Position numbers and translations under genes: made by a program. Below the pieces are notes generated by a model. It did no database searches, was not told the DNA's origin, and saw only the letters and a list, made by a program, of their open reading frames with translations. A DNA stretch of 64,000 nucleotides, from positions 22,568,001-22,632,000 of the forward strand of contig OX638160.1 of the NCBI GenBank assembly GCA_951804945.1. The letters are read 5' to 3'. Of the stretch, positions 38,813 to 50,990 are shown one piece after another. The DNA comes from Podarcis cretensis (Eukaryota). The number at the start of each line of letters is the position of its first letter. Within the stretch, counting starts at the first letter, position 1.

Positions 38813-39246
38813 TGCCTTGAATGATGGTCGGTGTGCCGCAGGCAACACTGGCCTCTGTCCTTCCTTCCTTCCCCCCACCCTCCTCTGATGCCCTCTCACG
38901 TCTGCTTCCCAAAGGCTTGCACAGCTGTTTATTGCAATAGCCCTGGCTATAAGCTCCACAGGCAAATGGTGCCTCTGGTAGGCACCTCTCTTTAGGGCAG
39001 AGGGGGCAGTTCAGACACCAGGGATGGCAGCAGCAGCTGCTGCCTGGAGGACTCCCAAGGAGAGGGGAGAGGGGAGAGGAGGCTGAGGGAACACTCCACA
39101 AGGGAGAGTGTTCGGAAAAGGGTGAGAGGCTGCCAGCTCTGCAGGCAAGGGGTGACACAACTGGGCTCCTGAGCCCCACAGGAGTGCCACAGAAAGAATG
39201 CAGTTGGTCAAGGGAACCATGGATTCAAAAAGGTTGAAAACCTCTG
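38813..39246. mobile_element. One-ended hAT-like non-autonomous element
   Basis: GC-rich interior; right terminus aaaaaggttgaaaacctctg; flanked by ccctaggg on both sides; no left TIR. Confidence 0.55.
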
Positions 39247-42200
39247 CCCTAGGGGGTTTCCCTTCTAGGTTAATCAGATCGAGAAAGCAAATGGCCATCA
39301 CTTAAGAAGACTGTTTATCTAGTAGTTACAACTGTGGTGTTTTCTTTTTAAACTATTCCTTCACCCTGGGGAAAAATTACAAACTCCAACTACAAACTGA
39401 AACCAAAGGAATGAGGGTTGAAAGCCATAATAATTTGTCAGATGAAGGGCTCATTCAGACTTCCTTTTGGGCTGCATTTATAGACACAGGTCTGTAAAGC
39501 TCTGTCCTTGAGCAGGGTTTGTGTGTGTGTGTCCTGGCACTTTCCCCAGGAAACCTGCATTTCACTGCGGAATTGGAGCACACTGCAACCAGGTTTTCCA
39601 TTGGTTGCAATTTGCTCTGATTCAGTAGTAAAACACAAGTTCTGACATGGAGCTTTAAAGTACAGACCTGTATCTGGAAAGTGCAGTATAAAAGGAAGTC
39701 TGGATGAAGGAAGCCAAGCATGTTAGTCCCTTCCCAATCAATGCATGCAGACATGCGTTCGTTGACTGTAAGGCGAACAGACTGTCACACAGCTTCCTTT
39801 CTAAGAACCTCATATAGTAGTGGAAACAAACATATCTAGATGCGGATAGTACACAGGTTGACCACTCTTAAAAACATAGAGAGACACAAAGATACATAAG
39901 AACTTCTTAGGCTGGAGAAAGGGAACCTTTTGATCCAGTCCCTATGTCCATACATCTCACAAACCTCCCAACATGCCACTGTAATCATCATGGCATATTG
40001 CAGGTCCAGAAATTGCTCCAGGTGTCTCAGTGTGACTGTCACACTTAAAATTACTTCAGAGTTGTGTGACTTCTTCTAATCACCAGTATGAGAAGCAGAG
40101 TTCACGTCAGGAGCAAGTTAACAGAGGATCTTCTTGGAACTATTTCTTCCATTCTCAAAATTCAAGGTGCGATCAGTTGATTTTATTCCTTGCTTGCTTC
40201 CTATTTGTAAATAAGTCTTGACTGAATCAGGAAATTGTGAACACCACAATACCCTACTGTCACACATTAAAGTTGCATCTATTCAATATACACACACCTC
40301 TGTTTAAAAGAAAATTAGGTCACAGTATTAAATGAGGATTAAGACTTGTCACATGCACATATATTACACATCTAATTTGCACTGGCACCCATTAGTATTT
40401 AGAAAAGGTGAATCTGAATACTATTGTTCCTCTTGCTGCTTATTGGTCCTAATTGATGAGTTATTACACAAGGACAGCCCATCCCAGCAGAAGCTCACTT
40501 CTCAATTCCTAGACTGAACTAGAATGTTTCCCTTTTCCCTTGCCATCTTCTTCCCAAACATTCCTGACTAGGGGTGGGGGAGCCTCAATAGTTCACATTG
40601 TTTATCACATCTCAAATTAAGATTTATCATAAACCGTATTGAAATTTGAAATTCCTCTCCTATCCCCACTAATTTAGGATGAAATGCTGCAGATCTGATA
40701 CATATTTATAGGACAGGTTGTAAGGCAAGAAAAGAATAAATTGTCACATGATATCAGATTATTATTATTTTTTAAATGAAGTTGTTAAAAGGAAGGGATG
40801 GAAATCCTAGTCTGGACTGTGGCTTGGATACTAAGATACAATTTGAATTCCCATGTTGCAATGAGTTTTAAAGAAGCTGTGTTTGTTGCCTTAAACAGAA
40901 CTCATTGAACTTCTCTTGCCCGACACCAAAATGCAATTTTTTTTGGGGGGGTGACCTTTTATTATTCATACGAGAACTTGGCAGGTTGCACCTGGAAGCA
41001 AAGGAAGAAAAGGGTGTGTGCATTTAACCACTCTATTATGTGGACAAAGTGTGATGCTTTCTGCGAAAAGAGAAAGATAATCTATAATGCAGGTGAGGGG
41101 TTCACATTACCTAAAAGCAGCATCACCTGTGACAGACCTGAAAGCAAAACCTAAACTTCCATCTTCTGATAAAAATACTAAAAAGTAATGACATGTTGCT
41201 TAGCACTCCAATACCTCCCATATTTCTTTAATCCTCAGCAACTCATTGAAGTATAAAGTTTATATAACTACAGTATCAACAGAGAACCAGGGAAAGTAAC
41301 TTGTCCACAGCTACCTAATGAATCTGGTATCCAGTGCCTTCAACACATTTTCCTTTTACATGAATCACAGCAGACATCCCTCTTTCCTTTCAAAAGACCA
41401 TTCCTCATTATGCCAATTAAAAAGGGATTTCAAAAGAGGCACCGTCCCCTGCAATATTTCATCATTACAATAAATTATATAAGGAATTCAACATTTGTTT
41501 CCTTCATTAGTAGTTGTTCTTCAGCATAGCTGAAGACTTTTCATCTTAATTGGTTAGCTACGAGGCGTTTCCTAAATTTTATTCTGGGTGCTAAAAGCAC
41601 TGCAATCACATTTCCAGTAAAGCCTATCTACTGGGCTGGATTAATCCGAAAGCCACAGTAGGGTAATTATACCTTTATTAGGAATAACAAATAGGCCACA
41701 AAGTCATGAGCAAGTTTTTTTGAGCTCTCCACAATTCAGGCTGGAAATTAAAACAAAAGTAAGTGGTGGATAGAAAAAGGCAGATATGGTCTAAAAGCCC
41801 TCAAATATGTACCAGTCTTAAGATGGAACAAAAGGAGGGCTTGTGCAGAAATAATTAGATTAGCCCCCACTAGGTGCTATGTAGATTTTGAACTGAGCCA
41901 AGAGCTACAGTGAAAAAGAAGGAATACCCTTTTATGTAGATGGGCTATCCAGCAAATGAATACATGGTAGTCCTATCGGCAGCTACTATTACAACGGCAG
42001 CTACGACTGCAACCTCTGTGTTCAGATGCAGCAGTATTCAGAAACCCATACAACAGATGCCCATACCACCATTGGTTCATCTAACTTAGTACTGGCAACA
42101 CTGACTGGCAACAGCTTTCAGACAGGCAGGGGCCTATCCCAGCCCTACTGAGAAATGGCAGGGATTGAACCCAGCATCCTTTGCAATGTCAAGGCTGTCC

Positions 42201-43692
42201 TCTATGTCTGAGCTGCAGCCTCTCGCCGCTGCTTTGCATGCTAATGTCAATTTATGACAACTCCATGTAGAGCTGCGAAGTAACTCCAGTCTAAAACCCT
42301 AGGCAGCCACTGGCAGTCATTGTCGACAATAATAGGTAGACCTGCGTTCGGACTCCGTATTCTTTTGTTTCTGTGCTGACGAAGGGCAGAGAGTGGCTAC
42401 TGCTGTCTGGCCTAGCTTATGAACCGCTACTGAGGACAGAATGATTGAGACGGATGATGTTAGGTGCCAACCAGGCAATTCTTTTATGCTCACATAACTG
42501 GGGACAATATGTACCAATGGCCAGAACACCGTTTGGGGGCTTGAAAGACGTGTCCTGGATAACTCACACGAACTCTGTTTCAGACCCATCTATACAGTAG
42601 GCATAATAATAATTCACCCTGATGAATGGCTGGATGAACGGAATCTTGTAAAGCATTGTGCCCCAGTAAACAAACTATATATATTATTCACTATTGTTTA
42701 TGGGAACCCTATCCACTCCATTGTAGCAGGCTTGCGTAGAATCAAGACTGAACACGCTGAATTTTAATATGAAAGCACTTCCATCTGATCTGAACCACTG
42801 CTTCTCTAACCTACTATGTGTGGCCCCTACAGCAATAGGGGGGGAAAGGACTCCAGCAATGCTCAAACTCTCTTCTTTCTTATTATTTTATATACTTAAG
42901 ACCTGAGACTTTTTACTGAAAACCAGCTGTAAGGCTAAGCTTGCATTCATACCAAATCCTAACATCACGCTCCACCTGCTTTTTGAAAAAAAGGAGCAAG
43001 AGAAAGCAAAACATGCTTGCAGAGCAACAGAGGACTGTTAGAATCATCACAACAGAAGCAACAAATGGGAAACATCTCAATAATCTCCATAACTTAAAAG
43101 TACATGCTCTATCCTACGCAGTCGATTCCACGATGCACCATGTTCAAAAGAAGCCTACAGTCTACTAGTAACATTACAGCTCATCAAAAGTATACAGTAA
43201 CTTAATTACGCTTTTAATGAGGGCATTTAATATAATTTTTTAAGAAATGCATTTGGTTTTGGAACACAAAGGGATTTGATGTTCAGTGTTGAGAGAGTGT
43301 ATTAAATCAGAACTCTCACACACCCTACGTAAAAGCTGGGTAGTATTTTAGATGCTTAATCTTCGAAAGAAGATTTGATAAAACATCCACAGATCTAAAA
43401 CGCTATCTCAAACATTAGTAAGAACATTCCCCTTTCCAGTCACATATGTTTGAAGGATTTAACTTTTCCTGCATAATCAGTGTACAACACCTGGAAACTA
43501 CAAAACAAAGCCGTAGTTTGGAAGCAAAAACTTCTCCTGTACCTGGTTAATTTTGTACACACCACAGGAACAGCAGAAAGATGAGAAGCTCCTTTTCCTT
43601 CGTGGACCTTTTGGCAGAGAACTAGAAGAGTGACCAACATCCAATTCCATATTCTTGGTGTCAGCAATTTCTCAAACCTTTGAGGAAACCAC

Positions 43693-43755
43693 CTCAGCGC
43701 GGCATCCTAGATCTCCAAAGATATCCCTTGCTCCAGGTACACATCGTATGCGCAT
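43693..43755 (-). CDS. Candidate coding part of an internal alternative first exon of KIAA1217 (MRIRCVPGARDIFGDLGCRAE)
   Basis: ATG at 43755, in-frame upstream TGA at 43807-43809, 21 codons ending at phase-0 donor GAG|GTGGTT (same phase as the exon-2 donor); local CpG enrichment; not repeat-like. Confidence 0.4.
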
Positions 43756-44328
43756 TGAGACGGAGCTGTGAGCAAACGTTCTTGCACATTGGGGTGTAGA
43801 TATGATTCACAAATAGAAAATACCGGTTTTTCATGGCTTGGCTTGCATAGCAGTCTTTGGGTGTGGCTGAAGTGAAATGAATGCAGGTGTACGCATTGAA
43901 CTCTGCGAAAGACAAGCTGCTTCTAATCACAAGGAGGACTCCTTCCTCACCTTGGTAAAAAAAATAAAAATTTCCTCCAAAACAAGCAAACCCTACTTGT
44001 GTGGTTGGGCACCTCTGAAAAATGGGAAGTTAATAAGAAAGGCTTTGTGCTGGCCGATAGGGACAAAAAGGAATGCATCTCACAAGGATCATATGTCAAT
44101 TTCTACCCGCTTCTCTTTTTTGATAGGACATGCCCCAGAAACAGATTATGAAAGACTGAATTAGAATAACTGTTCAGGTTGGCACCCAGGGTGGGGAGGA
44201 GAGCACTACTCTGGGGCATTCCCAATTAACTGAACACTTATCTCATAGAAGGTGTGATAATGTTACAACTGTTATGCTTGGTTCTGGCTTCCTTTGGATG
44301 AGAAAAGGACCATGCAGGAGGTACTATA

Positions 44329-44990
44329 CAGTGGTATCTCGGGTTACATAGGTGTAATGGGATAAGGGGCTGCTTATGCGTGAGCGCTAAGACTCTCACA
44401 GTTTTGTAGTTAGTTTTAAAACTCTCCCTCTCCGCGGAACCATCAGTGCATGGCTGCCTTAATCGCTGGCAGAATCCGTCAGTGGGCGTTTCCTGAATTT
44501 CTTCCAGCATAGAAGTTCTTTGACAGAAAGTCTCCTCCTTGATTCTCTACGTGACAGCTTTCTGCGCAGAGTAGGCGTTCCAAGGGGAGGTCCTGAGCTC
44601 TCCCCACTGGTCTCGCTGGAAGCGTCTCTGAGCCTCACCTCCGACTCTGTCTCCTCCGCCTCCCCTCCTGCTTCCGCGGAAGCTCTCCCTCTCCCCCTGC
44701 TGGTTCCCTCCTCAGCATCAGAGGGTCTCCCATCATCTGAGAGCCTCTCCACCATCCTGCGCTCTGATGGCAGTTCCCTGACAATAGGCTTCAGGTTACA
44801 CACTCCACTAACCCAGAAATAGTGCTTCAGGTTAAGAACTTTGCTTCAGGATAAGAACAGAAATCGTGCTCTGGCGGCGCGGCAACAGCAGGAGGCCCCA
44901 TTAGCTAAAGTGGTGCTTCAGGTTAAGAACAGTTTCAGGTTAAGAACAGACCTCCGGAACGAATTAAGTACTTAACCCGAGGTACCACTC
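44329..44990. mobile_element. Tigger-like MITE, CAGTGGTACCTC family, interrupted by a solo LTR
   Basis: TA|cagtggtatctcgggttac...aacccgaggtaccactc|TA; collinear with 38209-38433 apart from the 44353-44788 insert. Confidence 0.9.
44353..44783 (-). mobile_element. Solo LTR (Gypsy/ERV-type), 431 bp
   Basis: TGT...ACA termini (tgtaatggga / tccctgaca) with perfect 5-bp TSD atagg (44348-44352 / 44784-44788). Strand is tentative. Confidence 0.82.
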
Positions 44991-45649
44991 TATTCAACCC
45001 CCAATATTTCCAGGTTTGGGCTGGGAAAGACTCCCTGTTCTGAAACCATTAAGTGTTGTTGCCAGACAGTGGAGAAAAATCTGAGCTAGCTGGACTGTTG
45101 TCTTATCTGACTCAGCATAAGGTCGCTTCCTATGTTCCTATAGAGAAACAGAGATTCTGTATCCAGTAAGTGCCCTTCCATGCACACAAGGGCTTTTCAT
45201 CTAGAGAAAGGCTAGCAGAAGCGGAGGAGGAAGAGATTTTCAATGCTCATGGGTCCCCAACCCTCTAGAACAATTTGTCAGGGGCTGCTGGAGTCTGCGG
45301 GGAGAGGAGGGAAGGGAAAATCAGCAAAGATTGTCTCCTCTCCTCTTCCATTAGTGGACACCTCGGTCAGAGCAAGAGCACCAATTGGATTCCAGCCATT
45401 AATGCTTTGGGTTGTATCTGACGCTAGTCCTACTTAGAGTAAATAAGTGTGATCGGATCCATGCACGCAAATTTATTATATGACAGAGAGGAACCATATA
45501 AGCAATTTGTGCACCATTCAGTTGTGAAATGGGCAACAGCCATCTGGATTCTTTGCACCAAGCCTGAAATTGGACTAGATTGTTTTCAAGGCCGCTTCCA
45601 ACTCTGGTTTGGAAGATACTCCAAAGATCATCTACTCCATCAAAGCACA

Positions 45650-45810
45650 ACAAGAGCCCTGCTGGATTTGGCCAATGGCTCATCTAGTCCAGCACTGTCT
45701 TCTCACAATGGATGACTAGATGGACACAGAAGGCATGAAAGCAGGATCTGAGCACAACAGCATTGTGCCAACTTGTGACTCCCAGCAGCTGAGCTTCACA
45801 TGCATCATGC
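45650..45810 (-). mobile_element. CR1-type LINE 3' end remnant
   Basis: aagagccctgctggatttggccaatggctcatctagtccagcactgtcttctcaca... Confidence 0.55.
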
Positions 45811-46472
45811 CTCCCTACCAGCCATGGTGGCCGGTACCATGTTTCTGCCCCACGGTAGTGCCAACTACCCTTCAGTTTCCCACAGATCTAGTCACACAAC
45901 TGAGATCACAAAATGTCTGAAGCAGGGATCAGGTGCAGTGTCTCTAAGAGGTGCCAACAGAGTAATAGCTGATAACGTAAGCAGCTGATAACTGCTCTTC
46001 AGCCTCTAATTGACTTCAGCGGGACTATATCAGTGTCAACAGTTTGTGAAATTGTCCCTTAGGGGCAAAACAATGGTTTTTATATCCATTAAAACACCTT
46101 CATCTCAGTCAAATGCACCAGCTTCTTTAAAATCCTCACTGAAAGGAAAGCCTATGAAGAAGAATATAGGGTTAGTGTAAGATTAACTGGGTTGCTGCCC
46201 GGTCTTTTGCTGGGCAGAGGAAGCGATTTATTATTTCGATCTCAGTCTTCTGCAGACAAAGTCAGAAATTTACAACAAAATAAACAAAGCTGCGTTCCTA
46301 GAATATAATAGAAAACAACAAATCACATTAAAGCGACCAATTCAAATATAGTATATAAAAGCAGCTTTAAAAAGAGGCTGAGGCAGTAATGTTATTAATC
46401 AGACATTGCCTTGGTTCACACAGCACACTAACTCAGCCATTGCCAACCTGGTGCTCTCCAGATGTTTTAGAC

Positions 46473-47004
46473 CATGGGTCGGCAAACTAAGGCCTGGGGG
46501 CTGGATCCAGCCCAATTGCCTTCTGGATACGGCCCGCGGACGGTCAGGGAATCGCTGCGTGGAACGCCATCCCCCCCCTCTCTCACATACACACACCGCA
46601 GCGCCGCCTCCTCCCTCCCTCCTCCTAGCTTCTCCCCGCCCTGCCTAGAGGAGGAAGGGGGCTGGGCTTTACTGAGCCACGGTTGGCCAAGTGCCATTTT
46701 AAGCAGCCCCTCTCCAGAGCCAGCCCTTTCATGCTGCTCATCATCCCTCCACCGCCGCCAGCCCCTGCCACTCACAACGCACAGCTAAGCAGCCACCAGG
46801 GCTCGTCCACTACTGTGGAGAAGGGAGAGGAGAGTAGGGGGGTTTCTTTTCAAAATATAGTCCAGCCCCTCACAAGGTCTGAGGGAAAGTGGACCGGCTC
46901 CCTGTGCAGATGCCGAAAATCACAGGTGCGCACGCAATCCGGCCAACGGAGGGATCTCCACGGGACCGATCCAGCCCAAGCAAGATAAACCTTGCTGACC
47001 ACTG
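46473..47004. mobile_element. hAT-like non-autonomous DNA transposon
   Basis: catgggtcggcaaact...ttgctgaccactg imperfect TIRs; GC/CpG-rich interior; begins at a ttttagac site inside a short MITE remnant; right TSD does not match. Confidence 0.65.
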
Positions 47005-48589
47005 CTCTAACAGGAATGCAGAAGCAGCTGTAAGGCACACAGCAATGGTGGTGGAAGAAGAGAGATGCGAAGTAATGCAAATGATGTTCTAGCACGCCCC
47101 AACCATATGACAATTAAGTCCAGGTTCTAAAAATACCTAGTTGCAACCATTATGCTATCACATTGCATCAAAGCATCTTGGTTTGTTCACCACACATGCC
47201 CTGTTTTTCAATATTACCGAAGGGGTTTTAACCATTGGACCCATATTACCAAACTGAGCTCAGTGAGAGTTTTTCTCTTACACTCCGCTGCAGAAGCAGG
47301 CAATTTGTACAGCATGATACAAACATAATAGGAGTCAAAGATTGGCAGCCGATTTGCATATTCTGTTTGCACTTCATTAACATAATTTACATGAACAAGT
47401 TGGCCTTGAAGTCCCATCTCAACAGCTGCAAAAAATGAAGAACCAGTCCCATGATATCAATTTGCCTGGTAGCTGGTAGCTGAGCCTTTCAAAAGACTCC
47501 CAGAGGGATAGGTTAGTCTGTGGCAGCACGAATAACAAAGCATCTTGTGGCACCGCAAAACACTAAGAGATTTATTGTGACATCCCCTGCAGTGAGCTAT
47601 AGTTGACTTTGTCAGGTGTATGCATTCTGGTGGTGCTGTCAGTCTCCTCGTCAGAATCCTGAGGGCTAGAAACTCACTTTCAAGGAAGTGAAAGCTGTGC
47701 TTTTTCATGGAACCCAACAGACTGCTAAGAGGCAACCCTGGGCATATATTCCCCTGCAAGGCTAAAGAAATCAACAGTGTCATATTGAAGCGGCCTCAAA
47801 ATTATTTAATTCTGATTTGTTTACTAGTTATGTTTAAAGATCCAAACATTGGGGAGCCTGGCAATTTAAGTAAGGACCATAGCACTGACACAACCTCCCC
47901 CTGGCTCTGCAAGTGTGGACAAATAGACAGGTAAATTGCAGGCACACCTGCTAGCATACAACACATTGCCAGCATTGTTGCAACTAACAAGGCAGTTGCA
48001 ACAGCTCTCAGCCTGAGAACAAGGAACCGCAGGCTCATCGCTGCTCAACAAAAGGCTTCTGGGACTCCTCTCCCCACCATACATAGAGAAATCACTGATC
48101 AATGCATGATAGCTTAGACAAGCAGTCACTCAACTGGAGGTATGGCACAGCGTTTGCTAGGGGCACCAGTGCAGCACCCCACAGTGCTACACAACTTAGA
48201 AGGGTTGTGAATAGGTCCCTTTGCAAATACACCAGATCCCTAAGGGAAAATAATGTGATGAAACGAATCGGCAGGTGGCAGGTGATGCAAGGATCAAACA
48301 GGAGCCTTGCAAGTTGGACACTGATTTCCTACTGCAGGAGTGGCTAGCCTGCAGCATGTGGGTCCTATCCACTTAAAAAAAAAAGTTAGAAATTGGATCA
48401 GCTGTTCTAGAACTACTGCAATAAACTCCGTATCTGAGTGCAGCTTAAATCTCTCCAAAGCTCAGAGCAGAGATTCCAGATAGCAGGAGATGTATCTTTG
48501 TAAGGGCCACATAATGTTAATTTCACATTTGCAAGGAACTGAATCTACTTTCTGGAACTCCTGGCCCATTAATATTATACAAGAACCTT

Positions 48590-49085
48590 CTGTGGTCTAA
48601 ACCAGTGTTTCCCAACCTTGGGCCTCCAGCTGTTTTTGAACTACAATTCCCATCATCCCTGACCACTGGTCTTGCAAGCTAGGGATGATGGGAGTTGTAG
48701 GCCAAAAACATCTGGAGGCCCAAGGTTGGGAAACACTGGTCTAAACCACTGAGCCTAGGGCTTGCCAATAGGAAGGTTGGCAGTTCAAATCCCCGCCATA
48801 GGGTGAGCTCCCGTTGCTCGGTCCCAGCCCCTGCCAACCTAGTAGTTTGAAAGTACGTCAAAGTGTAAGTAGATAAATAGGTACCGCTCTGGTGGGAAGG
48901 TAAAGGGCGTTTCCGTGCGCTGCTCTGATTTCGCCAGAAGCGGCTTAGTCATGCTGGACACATGACCCGGGAAAAAAATCTATGCAGACAAACGTCGGCT
49001 CCCTCAGCCAGTAAAACGAGTTGAGCACTGCACCCCCAGAGTCGTTCGCGACTGGACTTTACTGTCAGGGGTCCTTTCCCTTTTT
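48590..49085 (+). mobile_element. Sauria SINE interrupted in its head by a hAT MITE
   Basis: ctgtggtctaaac|MITE|cactgagcctagggcttgcc...actgtcaggggtcctttccc. Confidence 0.88.
48603..48738. mobile_element. 136-bp palindromic hAT-type MITE
   Basis: cagtgtttcccaaccttggg...cccaaggttgggaaacactg; perfect 8-bp TSD gtctaaac (48595-48602 / 48739-48746). Confidence 0.92.
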
Positions 49086-50764
49086 CACCCAGGCATATCA
49101 CATTAACATGTAATTGCATTGTGTATATTTCCTTTAAAGCTGCTGGCTTTATTTCTATTTTGATCAATTTTATGTCAACTTCTTTTTAACATTTGTTTTT
49201 AATGGGTTTTTGTTGTTGATTATTATGCACTATATAAATCTTGTTAAATATTCATAACCCATCAGAATGGTTGCAATAATGTCATTTGCTTCATCTGAAA
49301 GTTCCCCACCCCCCATGATGTATTAAACAATGTTGAATTGCAGGCACAACTTGAAGTCCTATAAAACAACCACAGTCGCACCACTAAATGTAGTTTTGTT
49401 GACAGCCTTTTCTATATTAGAGGGCAGATGTGCTTCCTGGCCCTAGGAGACAGGCATCTCAACCCCAATCAACAGCTGTTAACACATGTTGCCTTTTTAT
49501 TTGTTTCTTTTTAAAAAAAAAAAAGACCATGGCAAGCAACATGGGGGGGGGGGACGCAACAACTAGGGAAGCTCTTTAAAAATTATTTAGTGTGACAGAA
49601 ACCCCGTCAGAAAAGAATCCACAGCAAAAGCATAAAGGACACAGACTCGCGTTAAGCAGCTGTGTGTTATTTAAAGATTCTTTCAAAAGAGCAGTAATGG
49701 GGGTATTTGCTCAAATATGCAGAGATGTTTCTAACATGCATTTTAAAGCTGTACAGTGAGTTGCAATTGTCAAATAACTGCATTTATACCCCACTATATC
49801 ACAATCAGATGTTTAAGGGTTTTTTATGTTAAAAATACAGCTTTTTTTCGACGCAGAAGCTAAGGCACATCTTTCCTTTTCTTATTGCATTACCAGCTCA
49901 GCTCTGCTGAAATAAGTCAGTTAATGACATTAACATAGCTATTTATGTAACCCCTTTTTTAAAGCAATGCTTATTCTAACTCATTGTAATCAGAGTCAAA
50001 TATTTGTTCCTTCTGTGAGTAATTTATTACTAATTACAACAGATGGGTAGATGACATTAGCAGGCACTAAAAATAGCACTGCTCTAAAATAAATAAAGTT
50101 GAAGGGTAATGTTTGCAAACCTCTGTGAGAATTTAATGTGGGCTTACAAGTTGCTAGATCCAGCATATAGCTGTGAGGTGGAATCTGGCTGCTGACCAGA
50201 CAGTCTCCCCACGCCTAGCAGTTCACTGTGAGGGCCACTCCAAGACCTTCTGCCACCTGACGCAAAATATGAAACAGTGCCTTCCATGCACAGAAGCTAA
50301 GTGGGCTAACAGTTGAATCTTACCCACAGTGCTAAGATTACCATCAGTGAGGTGCTGCCACTACATCCAAGCTGTCAACTCACTTTGCCTAATAATAGGA
50401 CCAGCCCTGCTCATTGCAGGGTTTTTAAAACCCTGAACTCACCATGTAACAGCTTCCATTTCCCAAGGGGTGGTCTGGAGAGCAAGAGTAGGCCCACATT
50501 GTCCAGAGGGTCACAGAACATAAGGGTGGGGGCCCACAGGTTGCCCACCACTGGTATGAAGGTCAGAGTGTTGGACTGGAACCAGAGTTCAAATCCCCTC
50601 TCGACTACAATGTTCAATGGGTGATCTTGACCCAGTCATTATAATCTCCCAGGGCTGTTGAAAAGGGGAGCCATGCATGCCATCCTGAGCTTCTTAGAGA
50701 ATGGGTTGGAATAAAAAAAAAATCTGTCTAGGTTACTAGTTCAGCTGTCTTTGAAAATAGTATA

Positions 50765-50990
50765 CAGTGGTACCTCGGGTTAAGAACTTAATTCATTCTG
50801 GAGGTCTGTTCTTAACCTGAAATTGTTCTTAACCTGAAGCACCACTTTAGCTAATGGGGCCTCCTGCTGCCGCCGCGCCGCTGGAGCACGATTTCTGTTC
50901 TCATCCTGAAGCAAAGTTCTTAACCCGAGGTAATATTTCTGGGTTAGCGGCATCTGTAACCTGAAGCGTATGTAACCCGAGGTACCACTG
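50765..50990. mobile_element. Tigger-like MITE, CAGTGGTACCTC family
   Basis: TA|cagtggtacctcgggtta...taacccgaggtaccactg|TA. Confidence 0.93.

Larger units (their letters stand above)
44311..45140 (+). mobile_element. Old tRNA-headed SINE (cctatgttccta tail) split by a MITE and a solo LTR
   Basis: catgcaggaggtac|...|ttcaacccc...gggctgggaaagactccc...tctgactcagcataaggtcgcttcctatgttccta joins up once 44329-44990 is removed. Confidence 0.6.

Noticed and set aside
41866-41880. CTCF-like ccactaggtgcta
   Set aside because: Lacks the conserved GGC at the 3' end of the core; too weak to call.
42590-42660. ccctgatga motif suggesting a hammerhead ribozyme
   Set aside because: No downstream GAAA with a closing stem II.
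47505-47622. Penelope-like terminal repeat remnant with possible hammerhead ribozyme (also 41671-41745)
   Set aside because: Resembles the repeat, but the catalytic core CUGANGA...GAAA is mutated in both copies; not supportable as an active ribozyme.
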